A stretch of DNA of 64,000 nucleotides from Takakia lepidozioides (taxonomy: Eukaryota; Plantae; Bryophyta). Below the pieces are notes generated by a model. That model was not told where the DNA came from. It did no database searches and saw only the letters and a program-made list of their open reading frames with translations. Shown in pieces: positions 23,270 through 35,808 of the stretch. How positions within the stretch are numbered: position 1 is the first letter of the stretch; each line of letters opens with the position of its first letter. The stretch lies in assembly GCA_030704615.1 (NCBI GenBank), contig CM060732.1, positions 26,660,001 to 26,724,000 on the forward strand, in the 5' to 3' direction. The translations under genes were made by a program, and so were the position numbers.

Positions 23270-25997
23270 GACGTTGGAGGAGAAGCCACCAAAGACTTTG
23301 CACTAGGCAATTGAGAGGGCTGAATGTTTCTCGGATGTCCCTAGGGGCGAAAGACAAGGCCGTACGGAGCTGAACCACAAGAAGACCCGGCGGGAGGGTG
23401 ACTCCTTCCGACCGGAAAAGAAGTGGGATAGGTCACGCGGCGACAATGGCACATGGAAATCGAAAGGAGGGCCCTCACACGTCAAGACGACACCCGGTGC
23501 CCCTAAAGGAAAACCAGGTGTGGCGGCTTATGGCGGACAGAAGGCGACCTTCGATGGAGTGTGCTTTAATTGTGGGGAACCCGGGCACATGGCAAAAAGT
23601 GCGCGAAACCCCGACAATTGAACATGACTCGGGCAACCTCGGAATTGTCCGAGGATTCCATTAGTAGTGGTCGCCAGGACTTGCAAAGTAGGCAACTACT
23701 CTTGTGAGTTGTATCAGGAAACTGGCGCCTTGCGTAAAGGGAGTCAGTTAATGTTTGTGAGTGGGATAATCTCCGGAACTAACGTGTCGTTGTTGGTGGA
23801 CACAGGAGCGTCGCACTCCTTCATGACACCAACAATGGCACGGAAGCTGGGACTCCTGACAAGTGATATGGGGGCCTTTATTGAGGTGCGTTCTGCCAAA
23901 TGAGAACCACAATTGGCGACGAGGTTGGCGTTCGATGTTCCTCTTCAGTTAGGAAGTTGGGAGGGACGTGAGAACTTCACCATTTGCGAGATCGATGGAG
24001 TGGATATCATTTTGGGGATGACCTTTTTGAGCAGATCCGGAGCGGTCATAGATGGCCGTAAGAGAGTAGTCACGCTACCGTGTGGGAATGGTGGCGAAGT
24101 TTTACGAGTGTCGGAAACGCCCAACCCCGTGGGAGGGCGAATAAACCTTCTGTCAGCAAGGGAGTGGGCCGTGGAGAAGTCACACGAGCCCCAGTTTTTG
24201 CTTTATCTAAGACAAGTGAAGGGAGAAGGCGATGGGGAGCCGAGCCCAGATTGGATCAAGGGGATTTTGGAGAAATACCAGGATGTGATGCCGGAGGATT
24301 TACCAAGCGGCTTGCCACTGCGAAGGGGAGTTGACCACAAGATTGAGGTGATACCGGGATCGGAGCCGCCTACCAAGGCGCCCTACCGGTTGAGCCGCAG
24401 AGAGTTGGTCGAGCTGAAGACTCAGCTCAAGGATCTATTGTCAAAGGGGTAAATCCGGCCGAGTAGGTCACCTTACGGAGCTCCAGTGCTATTCGCAGAC
24501 AAGAAGGATGGGACGCTGCGGATGTGTGTCGACTACAGGGCTCTGAATAAGGTGACTATCAAGAACCGGTACCCTTTGCCAAGAATCGACGACCTCTTCG
24601 ATCGGTTGGCAGGAGCGAAGTATTTCAGCCGGATCAATTTGCGCTCCGGCTACCATCAAATCCGAGTGGCGGAAGGAGATGAGGAGAAAACCGCGTGCAG
24701 GACAAGATATGGTTCGTATGAGTTCTTGGTGATGCCTTTTGGGCTCACCAACGCACCTGCGACCTTTAACACGCTAATGAACAACCTTTTCCATGAGTGG
24801 CTGGATGACATTGTGATCGTGTACATCGACGACATCTTGGTGTACTCGAAAACAAAAGAAGAGCACCTGGAGCACCTCAAAATGGTGTTCCAGAAATTGC
24901 GAGAAGGGAAGCTGTATGCTAAAGCTTCAAAGTGCGAATTCGGGGTCACAAAAGTGGAGTTCATAGGGCATGTGATTACACAGGATGGGATCAAAATGGA
25001 TGACAGAAAGGTAACGGCGATCTTGGACTGGGAACCTCTGACTTCGGTCCCGGGAGTGCGATCCTCCCTAGGACTCGCCTCCTATTACCGAAAGTATGTA
25101 AGAAATTTCGCCAAGATCACGGGGCCGCTGTCAGACCTTCTGTGTAAATCCAAGGTATGGGTATGGAATACCTTTTGTGGCCAAGCTTTTGTCGAGTTGA
25201 AGCAGCGGATGGCGGAAGCTCCAGTCTTGAAAATCCCGGAGTTCGACCGTCCCTTTGAGATTCATACAGATGCGTTGGACTTCGCGATTGGGGGTGTACT
25301 TATGCAAGATAGACGTCCAGTGGCTTACGAAAGTAAGAAACTGAATGAAGTGGAGCGACGGTGGCCAATGCATGAGAAAGATATGAAGGCGGTGGTGCAT
25401 TGCCTTGAGCTTTGGCGCCACTATGTTGGTTCCAACCCGGTGAAGGTATTCACGGACAATGTCACGGTGAAGTATTTTGTCACGCAGCCTAAGTTGTCCC
25501 CAAAACAACTTAGGTGGCAAGATACTTTAGCGGTGTTCGATGTGGATATCCAGTACTTCGCACCGCGGCACTCTTGAAGAAAGAGTATTTCTGGCCCAAA
25601 CTGAGGAAGGAGGCCGAGGAGTATGTCAAGACATGCACCACATGCCAACAAAACCGGAGCGAGTACAAAAAGCAAGCGGGGCTGTTACAACCCTTGCCGA
25701 TTCCAGAGGGGTCTTGGGAAAGTGTCTCAATGGATTTCATGACTGCTATGCCGCTGTCAAAACGATTTGATGCAATCATGGTGGTGGTGGATAGGTTCAG
25801 TAAATGGGCCATTTCATCCCCACCAAGGAGACGGCAACGACGCAAGTGACGGGGCAACTTTACTTCGCCCACGTCTTCAAGCATCATGGACTCCCGAAGG
25901 ATATTGTCTTGGACCGCGATCCAAAGTTTACGAGTAAATTTTGGAGGGCACTTTGGAAGAAGATGGGGACGAGGCTCAAGATGAGTACCGCCTTCCC
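23270..25997 (+). mobile_element. Degenerate Ty3/Gypsy (chromovirus-like) gag-pol without a DNMT domain
   Basis: Knuckle CFNCGEPGH, protease LLVDTGASHSF, RT ([30 protein letters not shown]), RNase H (IHTDALD), integrase (YFWP, CTTCQ, SMDF, DRDPKF). Stops near 23901 and 24450, a deletion near 25550, a frameshift near 25805, and 3' truncation. Confidence 0.92.
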
Positions 25998-26651
25998 CTG
26001 GGGGGTGCACTCTTTATAAAATGTCCGTATCACGTGCGTTCGCCGCCTAATAAAAAAAACCCCCTGTATACGGGTCCTTGGATCATTTATACCCCCTCCT
26101 GTAAATATATAGAAATTTGTAATTTTTAAAAAGTACCCCCTTATGTATGTATATTTCCGTTTTCAATAATTAAAAAATACCCTCAAATATGTATATGTAT
26201 GTTTTTATATTATATCAAGTTTATTCACTTAAAATCGAATAAAATCTAATAAATTAATTAAAAAAATTGTTTGCCCTCGATAAAACTTGCTGTGGAATCT
26301 CAATTTGAACAATATTCATATGCAGAGAGGAAAGGAACATTGTCAATGCCCGATGTGCAAGAGGCCTGAAGAAAGTTTCCATTTTCTGATATACAGTCCT
26401 GGGTATTTTCATCAGAGAGTGATCCTCTTGAAGACCATCAAGACCTAGTCACTGCACCTCTGTTCATCAACTAGGACAGTTTCTAAACTTACTCTACAGT
26501 TTCAACCTTTGAAAGGTCCAATTATGTTCAAAACCTACTGTTGAGAATTCCTCTCCAAAAACAGATTTTGTGTACCTTTGCTGCCACTGTTGGAGTCCAA
26601 CCTGAAGCTGATAGAGTTCAATACATTCAATTAGGTGACAAGCATTTCATT

Positions 26652-26951
26652 TCACCAATACTCCCCACAAGAACAAACACCATTTTGGAAGTGGTGAAAG
26701 CGGTTTGCATTCCGTACAACAATCTCTTGCTTAGCTATCTTTGAGATGAATTTGGTGGCTGTGTGGCAATCACCACACATCCGAAGATTCCTGGTGATCC
26801 TCAAAGACATCCCAGAGGGTGTGTTAATAAGCCCAAAAACAATGGCCAGCTTCTCATTGTGGTGGCAAAGAGACGATTCTTTAAGCTCTTCCTCAACATC
26901 ATGCAATGCAAAGCGCGGGCTTCACCCCTGTGCATATCCTGCAATCTTCAT
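26652..26951 (-). pseudogene. Truncated PPR-DYW RNA-editing deaminase domain
   Basis: [44 protein letters not shown]...[17 protein letters not shown]...[16 protein letters not shown]. No PLS/E region upstream, and an in-frame stop is present. Confidence 0.88.
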
Positions 26952-29900
26952 GCACATCATTAGCACCACCAAGCTCCTCATTGATCTCCGGATAGTCATG
27001 CACACCATCTACATGACCAATCCTATGGGATGGACCAGCTTGAGCTCCCATTGCTAGAATGCACAAAAAAACAGATGCGTGCCACCCTGGCACCATCTCC
27101 TCGTCCGTCTCACCATGCCAACGAGCTCTTGTATCATCAAGCTCACTTGTGCATGGATTGCGACCTAATCCATCCGCATCCCAGTTGACTATTCCGGCTC
27201 GATACACCACCTGGAAGTCGTACTCTTGAAGCATAAGTGCCCACCGTGCAAGCTTCATTGTAAGCTTGTCTGACTCCATCAACCACTTCAATGGTTGGTA
27301 ATCCATAACAAGGGTGAAGAGATTGCCATAGAGGTAGCATCTAAAATGTGTCACTATCCATATTGCAGCTAGACACTCCCCTTCATACGAACTATACTTC
27401 GCCTCGGCATCATTGTTCGAGCGGTTAGCATATGCCACTACGAACTCTCTTCCCTCATCATCCATCTGTGTGAACACTGCTCCAATCCCCAGCATACTCC
27501 AATCCGTATGTAGCTGGAAAGGCCGTCTCAGAATAGGTGCAGAAGTCAATTGAGCCTTGAGTTCCTCAAAGGCTTCCTCCCGCTCTTCCTCCCACTGCCA
27601 CTCCTGACCCACCTTGGTCAACTTGGTAAGAGCCTTCGCAATGCTGCTAAATCCCTTGACAAACCGACGATAATAGTTTGCCAACCCCATGAAAGCACGA
27701 ACTCTGCTTATATGATCTATGGGGCGTGGAATGCGCAATGGCCTCCACCTTTGTCTGTTGAACACCCAATCCTCCAGGGTATATCATGTGGCCCAGATAC
27801 TCAATCTGATCGTGGAAGAACTTGCACTTTCCAATGTGCAGTTTCAATCCATGCGCCCTCAAGCGCTCAAACACCACCTGAAGATTGTCTCTCATGCTCC
27901 TCAACTGTGGTACTAAAGATGATGATGTCATCAATGTAGCACCGGACAAAGTCTAACCCTGCAAGAATCCTATCCATGACCCTCTGAAACTCTGCAGGAG
28001 CATTCTTCAACCCAAATGGTAGGAAGCGCCATTGGTACAAACAATCCTTCCCATGCTGGTCAATCCCCCAAAATGCCATCTTTTGCTCTTTGATTGACAA
28101 CTGGTGATAACCCGATCGTAAGTCCAATGTGCTAAACACCTTCGCATGCCCAATGGCATCAAAGATTTCCTCTGGAGTTGGCATGACATATCTATCAGAC
28201 TTAGTCTGGCAGTTCACAGGACGATAGTCCCCACACATCCTTCTTTCTGTCCAATTGCCATAGATATCCTTCTTAGCTGGCATCACCGTTGTCGAGGCAT
28301 ACTCCCCGCCTGACAACTCCACCAATCCAACTTCGAACAACTCCATAGTCCGTGACTGGATCAAAGACCTCTCCATGTCACTATACCTGTAGGGCCTTCG
28401 AAAAATTGGCGTATCACTTGCCAAATCAATACAAATCTCCTGGCCCTTCAAACTCCCCAAATCATTCAAACCGAAGGCAAAGCAATTTCTATAAGCCCTT
28501 AGAAATCGCCGGATCCTCCGACTCTCTCCTCCGGTAACTGTAGGTCCAACATCTAGTTCCTAATTGTCCTCAGTGACTGCAACCTTCGGTACATCAGGCT
28601 TGGAGGTAGGAGACGCATCCTTTGATTGCTAGATAGCAACCTCTTGGGCCTTGTCCGCCCACCCTGACTATGGCGTAGCTTCCACTTGCTCCGCCATAGC
28701 CACCTTGAGAACATCCTCCGCAAAATAAACATTCTCAACCTCTTCAAAGACCTTAGCCACCTTGGCCTCCAACTAATCCTCAGTGTATGGCTCTCCTCAC
28801 TCCTCATACTACTGCTTGAGAGATCCAATGACTCTCTCTTTGCGCATCTCATCCCACATCTGCCATGGGTGTTTGCACCCCATGATCATATGCTCGCCCC
28901 CACTCACTGCCTCCACCGTCCCGGTTGGCAGAGATGGTGCAATATCCAATGGAAGTGCAGAAGTAGCCACCAATGTTTGCAATCTCCATTGCTCAGCCAT
29001 GCACAAGTCAATGATCCATGTCAAGCAATTGAGATCCATTGCCTGACCCAACACCTGGCGTCGTGATGCCTCTGACAGAGCTGGCACAGCTGTAGTGCCC
29101 GTAGCAAACCCCATTGCCCGCTCTCACTCATCTACACTAGGCTCCACCAGTTGCTGTAGCACATTGTCCCAAATCAACCCTGGACCATTGTCTTGAAAAA
29201 CATGAGACGAGGGAAAAATCATGAGTGTAGGCAAGGCCGCACGTGGTTGCCCCACTTGATTGACCACCGCTGAAGGTGGACGATCATCATATTGCACTCA
29301 CTGTGGTTGCCTCCCCTGATCCAAAATGCCCTCAACCGTGAGGTTGGGTGGTCGTTGAATGGAATGATAGGCTCTCTTGAGCAACTCTGGTGGTGCAAGA
29401 TTGGTCCACCACAACCTAGGCCTATGTGTCCGGGAACCCACTGCAGCTACATCCAACAATACAGCTGGTCCAATCCATGACCGGATCTGATGCACACTGG
29501 CCATAACCCTGGCCCGAGAATCTCCCATGAGAGGAACATTCTCCAGGATGTAAGCTGGAGGTTGCACTTGCCTCACCTGCAAGTCACACAACACTCGCAA
29601 TATCTCCCAAAACAGATGAGATCGTGCATCATGCAAGTCATTCCCATGACCTGCGGGAGAGTGTCATTGGCAAGGCTATCCGATTATCACCAAGTCAATA
29701 GGACCATGCCGGTCCAAATTATCCGCCCCCAGCAAGGTAATGTCTGCTAGCAAGGCCTTTTGATACCCTTGAATTGCTGAGAGAGGCAACAACTCAGGAT
29801 ACCCGTGTGTGAGCAAGACAATGTGGCGCATAGAAATACGCCGAGCAATCTCACCTTCTCCACATACAAGTACTTATGTACTTTAATCCCTGCTTACAAC

Positions 29901-30410
29901 ACTCCTGCAAGCCCAGTGCTCATGCCTCCAAACAGGTCTAGCAAACAAATGCCTGAGTCAGATTGTTGCCAGATAATAGGCATTGTGTCCAATGGAGCTA
30001 ACTGAGGAGGTCCAAGTGATGTCACTGAATTCTCCTCACCTACCGATGGAAAGGCCTCATGTCATGCTTGCTGCACACACTGGCTTGCCACTCGCTGCAA
30101 ATCCCCAACTGTACCCCACAGTGAGCTATGCACAGGAACATGAGAAAACAACTCAGCCTTGTATACCAATTGCTTGTCCTCATCAGGTGGTGGCCTATCA
30201 TCTGCATGGCTATTTCCTTCCAAGAGCTCGCCACCCTAAGCCACCACACCTGAGAATGCAGCCAATGTGGGCATCATATTTCTATGATCCACCACTACAC
30301 TAATAAACCGCACTGGGAGCAGTGCACGTTGGCCATCCCTTGACTGCCACTCCGGCCTATAGGACGTCGTTTCCTCCCAAAAGTCCAGAGTAAATCCCAT
30401 TGGGTATCCG
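26943..30410 (-). mobile_element. Degenerate second copy of the DNMT-Gypsy family (protease end - DNMT - TAG - RT - RNase H)
   Basis: Collinear with copy 1: YPMGFTLDFWEE, CLLDLFGGMSTG, IDLVIIG*PCQ*HS, YILENVPLMGDSRARV, HRPRLWWTN, RRQVLGQAMD, RT (CYIDDIIIFS) and RNase H. Multiple stops and frameshifts; truncated at both ends. Confidence 0.92.
28623..28631 (-). promoter_or_regulatory. Homologous readthrough signal UAG-CAA-UCA in copy 2
   Basis: Minus strand reads GCC CAA GAG GTT GCT ATC TAG CAA TCA AAG GAT GCG. Same codon position as copy 1 and still CARYYA. Confidence 0.8.
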
Positions 30411-30849
30411 CCTTTCTCCGTCTTCTATCTCTCCCCTTTGGCCCAGTTCTCATCTTTGAAGTGGTGTGCCTCTAGTTTTTGGTTATGTACTTGCCTTCAC
30501 GGCTTCAGCAAGGTTATTTTTTCATTGCTCTTATTAATTTGAGCAGTTAAACGTCCATTCGCACCCGGGGTTAAGGAGGGGATCAAATCAAAGTAAATAT
30601 AGTCCAACAGCCTCCCTGCACATTCCAAAAATTGCTGATGTAAAAGTGGGGTTAGAACAGGTGTAGAGGGGGATAGAGGGTGGGGATAATGCATTCCATA
30701 TGACCCATCTGCCGCCATTTGAGATATTCAACGTGAATATGAGAGAAGTATGTGGGATATAGTATTGGGCGGGTACACAGGTCACACCCGAGTATGTACC
30801 AGGATATGCACCAGGGTATGTCCAGCCCTGACCGCCGGGCCCATCCATA

Positions 30850-31300
30850 CATGTTGGAGTTGGCGATGTTGATCTGCATACTCCTTGTATTGTTTTTGAG
30901 CTTCTGCGAGGTGGAATGTAATCTCCTTGTGAATCGTAGCAAGATCAGTAGCAAGGTTTTCTGCAGCAAAGCTTCCAACAGTCTTCATGTGGAAAGGATT
31001 TGCTCGAGGATGATGACCATAATTGGAGAAAAATGAAGTTTGTTTGGTCGAAGAATGTATAGAGTTGTTGTAGGCAAACTCAGCCAATGACAGAAAGTCC
31101 GTCCAATTATCTTGGTGATAATTTATCGTACAGCGAAGATATTGTTCCAAAATCTGGTTTACACGTTCGGTTTGACCATCAGTCTGTGGATGATTAGCTG
31201 TAGAGAGGTTGATCTTAGTATCCAATAAGTGAAATAATCCCCTCCAAAAATTTGATATGAACTGTGGTCCTCGATCAAATACAATATCCTTCAGGAGTCC
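30850..31300 (-). mobile_element. Gypsy integrase core fragment
   Basis: DIVFDRGPQFISNFW...STANHPQTDGQTERVNQILEQYLR...LAEFAYNNS. Confidence 0.88.
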
Positions 31301-32399
31301 GCATGTGTGTTTGGCTGTCCCTAGGACCCGCCCCAAGACTTGTATAGGTGGGTTAGGGCTCCGGGAGGCCCGCCAAAAGCCTACATAGTCCGGTTAGAGA
31401 TGTGGGAGGGCCGGGCAGGGCTTGTGGAGTGAGGAGAACAAGGGCATCTGAAGAGGTGGGCCCAGGTTGGTGATGACTATGGATAGTTAATGAAATAAGG
31501 GCAGAGATCATGACTCATGTACTTTAGCAATTGGTGATTTTCAAGGAAAAGAGTGTGGCCCAAAAAGTTTGATAGAAGTTGGAGTCATTTAAATATATAT
31601 TTCTTAAAAAATCAAATTCATTAAAAAAAAACATGACCTGCCCTTACAAATGACCGGCTGGCTTCTAAAACAGCAAACCCTTTATGTCCATGACCGGCAA
31701 TGAAAAAATGAACATAGACTATGCATATCCGCCGGACAACAAAAATCTTAATATCCTCACAAGTCCGGGCCTGGCGGGCTTCTAGTGGGTTTCCATATTG
31801 ACAAGTCCAGGCTGTAGGTCATGATCTCAGTGACATACCCGCCCAACACTGGTGGGATACTTTGACCCCTGCATTTGCAGGGGTTAGCTTAATCACCAGC
31901 AAGAATATTGTGGGGCCGACCTTCGCCACACGCTCGCCACAAGGGGCGCCCCGCGAGCTACACTCAACGACGTGGGAGATTTGGGTTTTGCCAAACCCTT
32001 GGACTGAATTGGTGGAAGGGGGGAAGTAAGTTAACCCCAAATCACACATATATTTACCACCTTGGTGCGAACAACACGAGGTTAAGTGGAATATATGTTT
32101 GGGTGATATGTTTGACGCCTAGCTAGAAGGAGGGGTGAGGGTGGTCATTATTAGCCCTCTTACCCTCTGACGGTGCGAATGGACCTTAAGGGTTAAAAGG
32201 GCTAAGGAAGTTAAGGGTTAAAAGGGCTTCTGTCCCTTTCTCTTAAATAAAAACAAATGAAAAAATTGAAAACAAAAGAACTAGCATCTTTTTCCAGCAA
32301 ATAAACAGAAACCTACCAGATCCCTAGCAAATCCCTAGATCCCTACCAGCTTGGCTCGGGGGTACCAGCCACAACTCTTCGAAATTTGCTTTATATGCC

Positions 32400-33312
32400 A
32401 CCTTGCGTATGGGGTCTAACTGGAAATTCACAGTTCAACAGGATGGTACCTTGACTTCGTCGATTTGGTCTCACGAACTGGAAACCGAGATGTATGCCAT
32501 CAGAGTCTTTTGCAAAGACACTGGGAAATGTGACCCGATCCCGCCCATTAATATGCAGCATTACTTTGGTTCCTTCAATTGGTTCTTATCTGCTCCCTTA
32601 CAAATGCTGCAATTTGACCCGGCGGAGTGGAATTGGATGACTAAAAAGATGATCCATTCCTTGGATACAAGGTCAAACTAGGCTACTCCCTGTTAAGGCC
32701 ACCTATCTCCTTCGTGGCTAAATGGAACGCGAAGTGGGGACATCTGCCCAGCCTGCCTGGTAATTGACAAACTATATGGAAGGATGTTTGGAGGAAGGAT
32801 CGGGCGGCCAAACTGTCGGGGTTCCTGTGGAAGATAGTAAACCGAATCCGGCATGTATTTCAATTCATTCCAGATGCATCTGATCACTGTCTAGTATGTA
32901 ATTTGGAACAGTCAGAATCGCTGGAACATTGTCTGGTCGAATGCCCCTTCGCTTCGTTTGTTTGGAATCGTATTCGGATGTTTTACCAGGCCTGGGACCG
33001 TCGATTTCCCTTCAGACCTCGGTTCTCTTACTCAACCTAAACGAAAGAGCTATCCGGAGCCAATGCCCAGTATGGGCTTGTCTTAGAGCGCACTCACTCT
33101 GGAATATTTGGAAAAGCAGGTGTTCGCTAGTTTTGGGAGGACTGCAGCCTTGTGTAAAAAAGCTGCTTTATAGGGTTCACTCAGACTTATTGTCTGAGGC
33201 TCGGAAGGCTTGGAATGTTTTGTGTGCAGCTTCTGCTCGATGTGCGCAAGGAAGGAGACAACAACTATTCTCTAGCTTTGATAACTCTTGGGGACAAGGG
33301 ATCTTCATCTGA
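32400..33312 (+). mobile_element. Degenerate L1-type LINE 3' end (zf-RVT region)
   Basis: ESLEHCLVECP at ~32915-32947 and WACLRAHSLWNIWKSRCSLV, typical of the L1 ORF2 C-terminus. Confidence 0.65.
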
Positions 33313-34493
33313 GAAGAACATCAGACTCATCGATTGTCTAATACGACAGCCTCCCGACATGTTGGCAGCTCCACTAGTGCCCAACAATCAATGGAGCAGG
33401 AGGAGTCTGGTGTGAATTCGAGGCATAAGAGAACTTCTAGAAAGGGCAATGGTTGCAGTTTTGGTTGCGTCTCCTCCTCTGTGTCTTGCATTGCTCGACT
33501 TCGGTCATGCACAACTAAGTACCATAACATCTCTCTCATGATCATAATGTTCTTGATTCAGAATCTCCTGGCTAAGTAGTTAGACGCTCATGCTAATAAA
33601 TCACCGTTCTCATTCAACTACATGTGTTGCTGTAATTCAACATCCTTGAAAAACGGATCCTACTAGAATGGTTTCTTTTATGATATCTCAGATTGAGTGT
33701 TTTCTTCTATCTTGGATTTGCTCACTACTTAGAAATGTTGTAGAAACAACTAGGAGCAACATTCGTGGGTGCAAAATTTTGAATCTAAAAGCTATGAGAG
33801 ATTTTAACAATCTTTGGATTAAGAAACGTCTATGCACGTGGAATAATAAGTATCATAATTAGCGAGAGTTGATTTATACAGGATGTCCCACCTTATCGAT
33901 AATGAACCTGTCTAGTTCATATAATGTTCACTTGAAAGGTTGGCCTATGCCAATTGCCAAATAAATAAGTGGAATCTACCTAACTCTAGATTTGACTATC
34001 GATCTTCATGATGAAATTAACTAAGGTGTGTAATTTAGAATCAGCTCAAATATGTCAATTGAACTCCCCTCTCAAGGAATGCAACCGTGAGGCCACATCA
34101 ACCCTAATTGCATGGCTTGCAAGCAATTTCTTCATCATGGCTTGACGATTGTTCCCAAAGAGCAGACCCAGAACTTCGCAGATGAGAATTCAACCTCCCT
34201 CAATATACAGCCAAGAAAGCCTATAAAACACTAGTCTTTCTCCAAGGTTCTATCTAAATGGGACACAAAATGGCTATGCTACAGATTCCAGGGGGAAAAT
34301 GGAATTTGATATGGAACCACATTTCGCATAAAAGAAGACTTTTTTTTTGTTTTTTTTTTTTCAAGTTGAATTTCAGGGCAGAGCCCATGCCTTAATTTAT
34401 TAGGGGCGGGGATGGATGAAAAAAGAATATCTATCCATCTGGGACTACGGGGAAGAAGAGCAGGGAGAGAGGGAGAGAGAGTGAGGGTGAGGG

Positions 34494-35808
34494 ATGGCGG
34501 GCTACGAGAGTGCCGAAGGGGTGGTGGAGGAGATCGCCAAGCTGAGCGTGGAGCAGCTGCGGCAGGTGAAGGAGCAAGTGGATTCCGAGGTTTCAATGTT
34601 GCAAGACAGTCTCTCCAGTATACGCACCGCTGCTACACGCTTTGAGTTGGCCTCCAAGGCCCTGCAAACGCTCTCGTTGCAGCCTGCCGGTATTTCATAA
34701 TCTCAAAGAATTGTTATTTTCAGTTGGGTGCAGTCACTGTCTCGAAATATCTAACACTGTGGCTGTGCAAGAATTCAGTCTACTTGTCTGCATTCTAGGT
34801 TTAAGAGAACTAGCGGTTTCTTCCTCAGTTGTGCTCAGTCGTTTGGAGTCAAGATAGATTGTCTCATTCTTGTGTGATGGGCCGTAAGAAAATTATTGGC
34901 CATGCAGGAAAGAAGATGCTGGTGCCTTTGACTGCGTCGCTGTATGCCCCTGGCACTCTTACCAATACGGACAGAGTCTTAGTAGACGTGGGCACCGGCT
35001 ACTACATCGAAGTAATTCATCTTTGCACTGTCACTCTGCCTATCCAACAGAGGTTTTTGTTTTTAATTTTTGTCAGTTCCAAACATGGTAGATCCACCTG
35101 CATTCATTCATTCAGCAATAAAAACTTCTTCAAAACGTCCTTTTCTGTACAAAAGAGATTGCTGCTGCAACAGCGTCTGCTATCTTTCGTTTTCCCTGGC
35201 CTTCCGATCTAAATTTCTTTCTTATGTATCCGTTTTTGCTTTGTTGAGGACCTCAGCAAAAGGGAGACAGAGGGACAAAGAGAGAAAGTTTCTTTATGGT
35301 TTTGGGGTTTGGACTGGGATGACGATTTGTGAATAACGTAATGTGCAATTGCAGAAGTCATTGCCTGATGGGAAGAACTATTGTGAGCGCAAGATCAAGT
35401 TTTTGAAAGCCAACCACGATAAGCTGGTGGAGGTTAGCTTACTTTCTCAGTCTCCATTAAGAAGGTCAACTTATCTCCAGGGATTGGGTCAACTTTGCCA
35501 CATTATCCAAGGTTAGGGTAGGAGAGCACGTGTTCACCCATTTCACTGGTCCAGTTTGGTAGGAACTTTCTCTGCCGAACTGTGTGGGCCTGGAATTCTG
35601 TTTGTTTGTTTCTTGACTGGCATCACTCTGCCTCTGCATTGTGACTTTCACACATGAAGAAAGAGTGGGAAAGAGCAGGTTCAATTAAGAGTTGGTACCT
35701 GATTGACAGGTGGTTGGCGGCAAGCAGAATGCTGCAGAACAAGTGTCTATGGTGTTACAGGCCAAATTGCGACAGGGCACAGGCATCAAAGAGCAGCAAC
35801 GGTCGTAG
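34494..35808 (+). CDS. PFD5: Prefoldin subunit 5 (alpha), 4 exons
   Basis: Exons 34494-34689, 34908-35011, 35355-35432, 35710-35808. [50 protein letters not shown]. Confidence 0.93.

Noticed and set aside
23901-24452. Readthrough at the stops in the + strand Gypsy
   Set aside because: The stops (TGA GAA CCA, TAA ATC CGG) fall inside conserved domains, lack CARYYA and co-occur with deletions and frameshifts, so this is ordinary decay.
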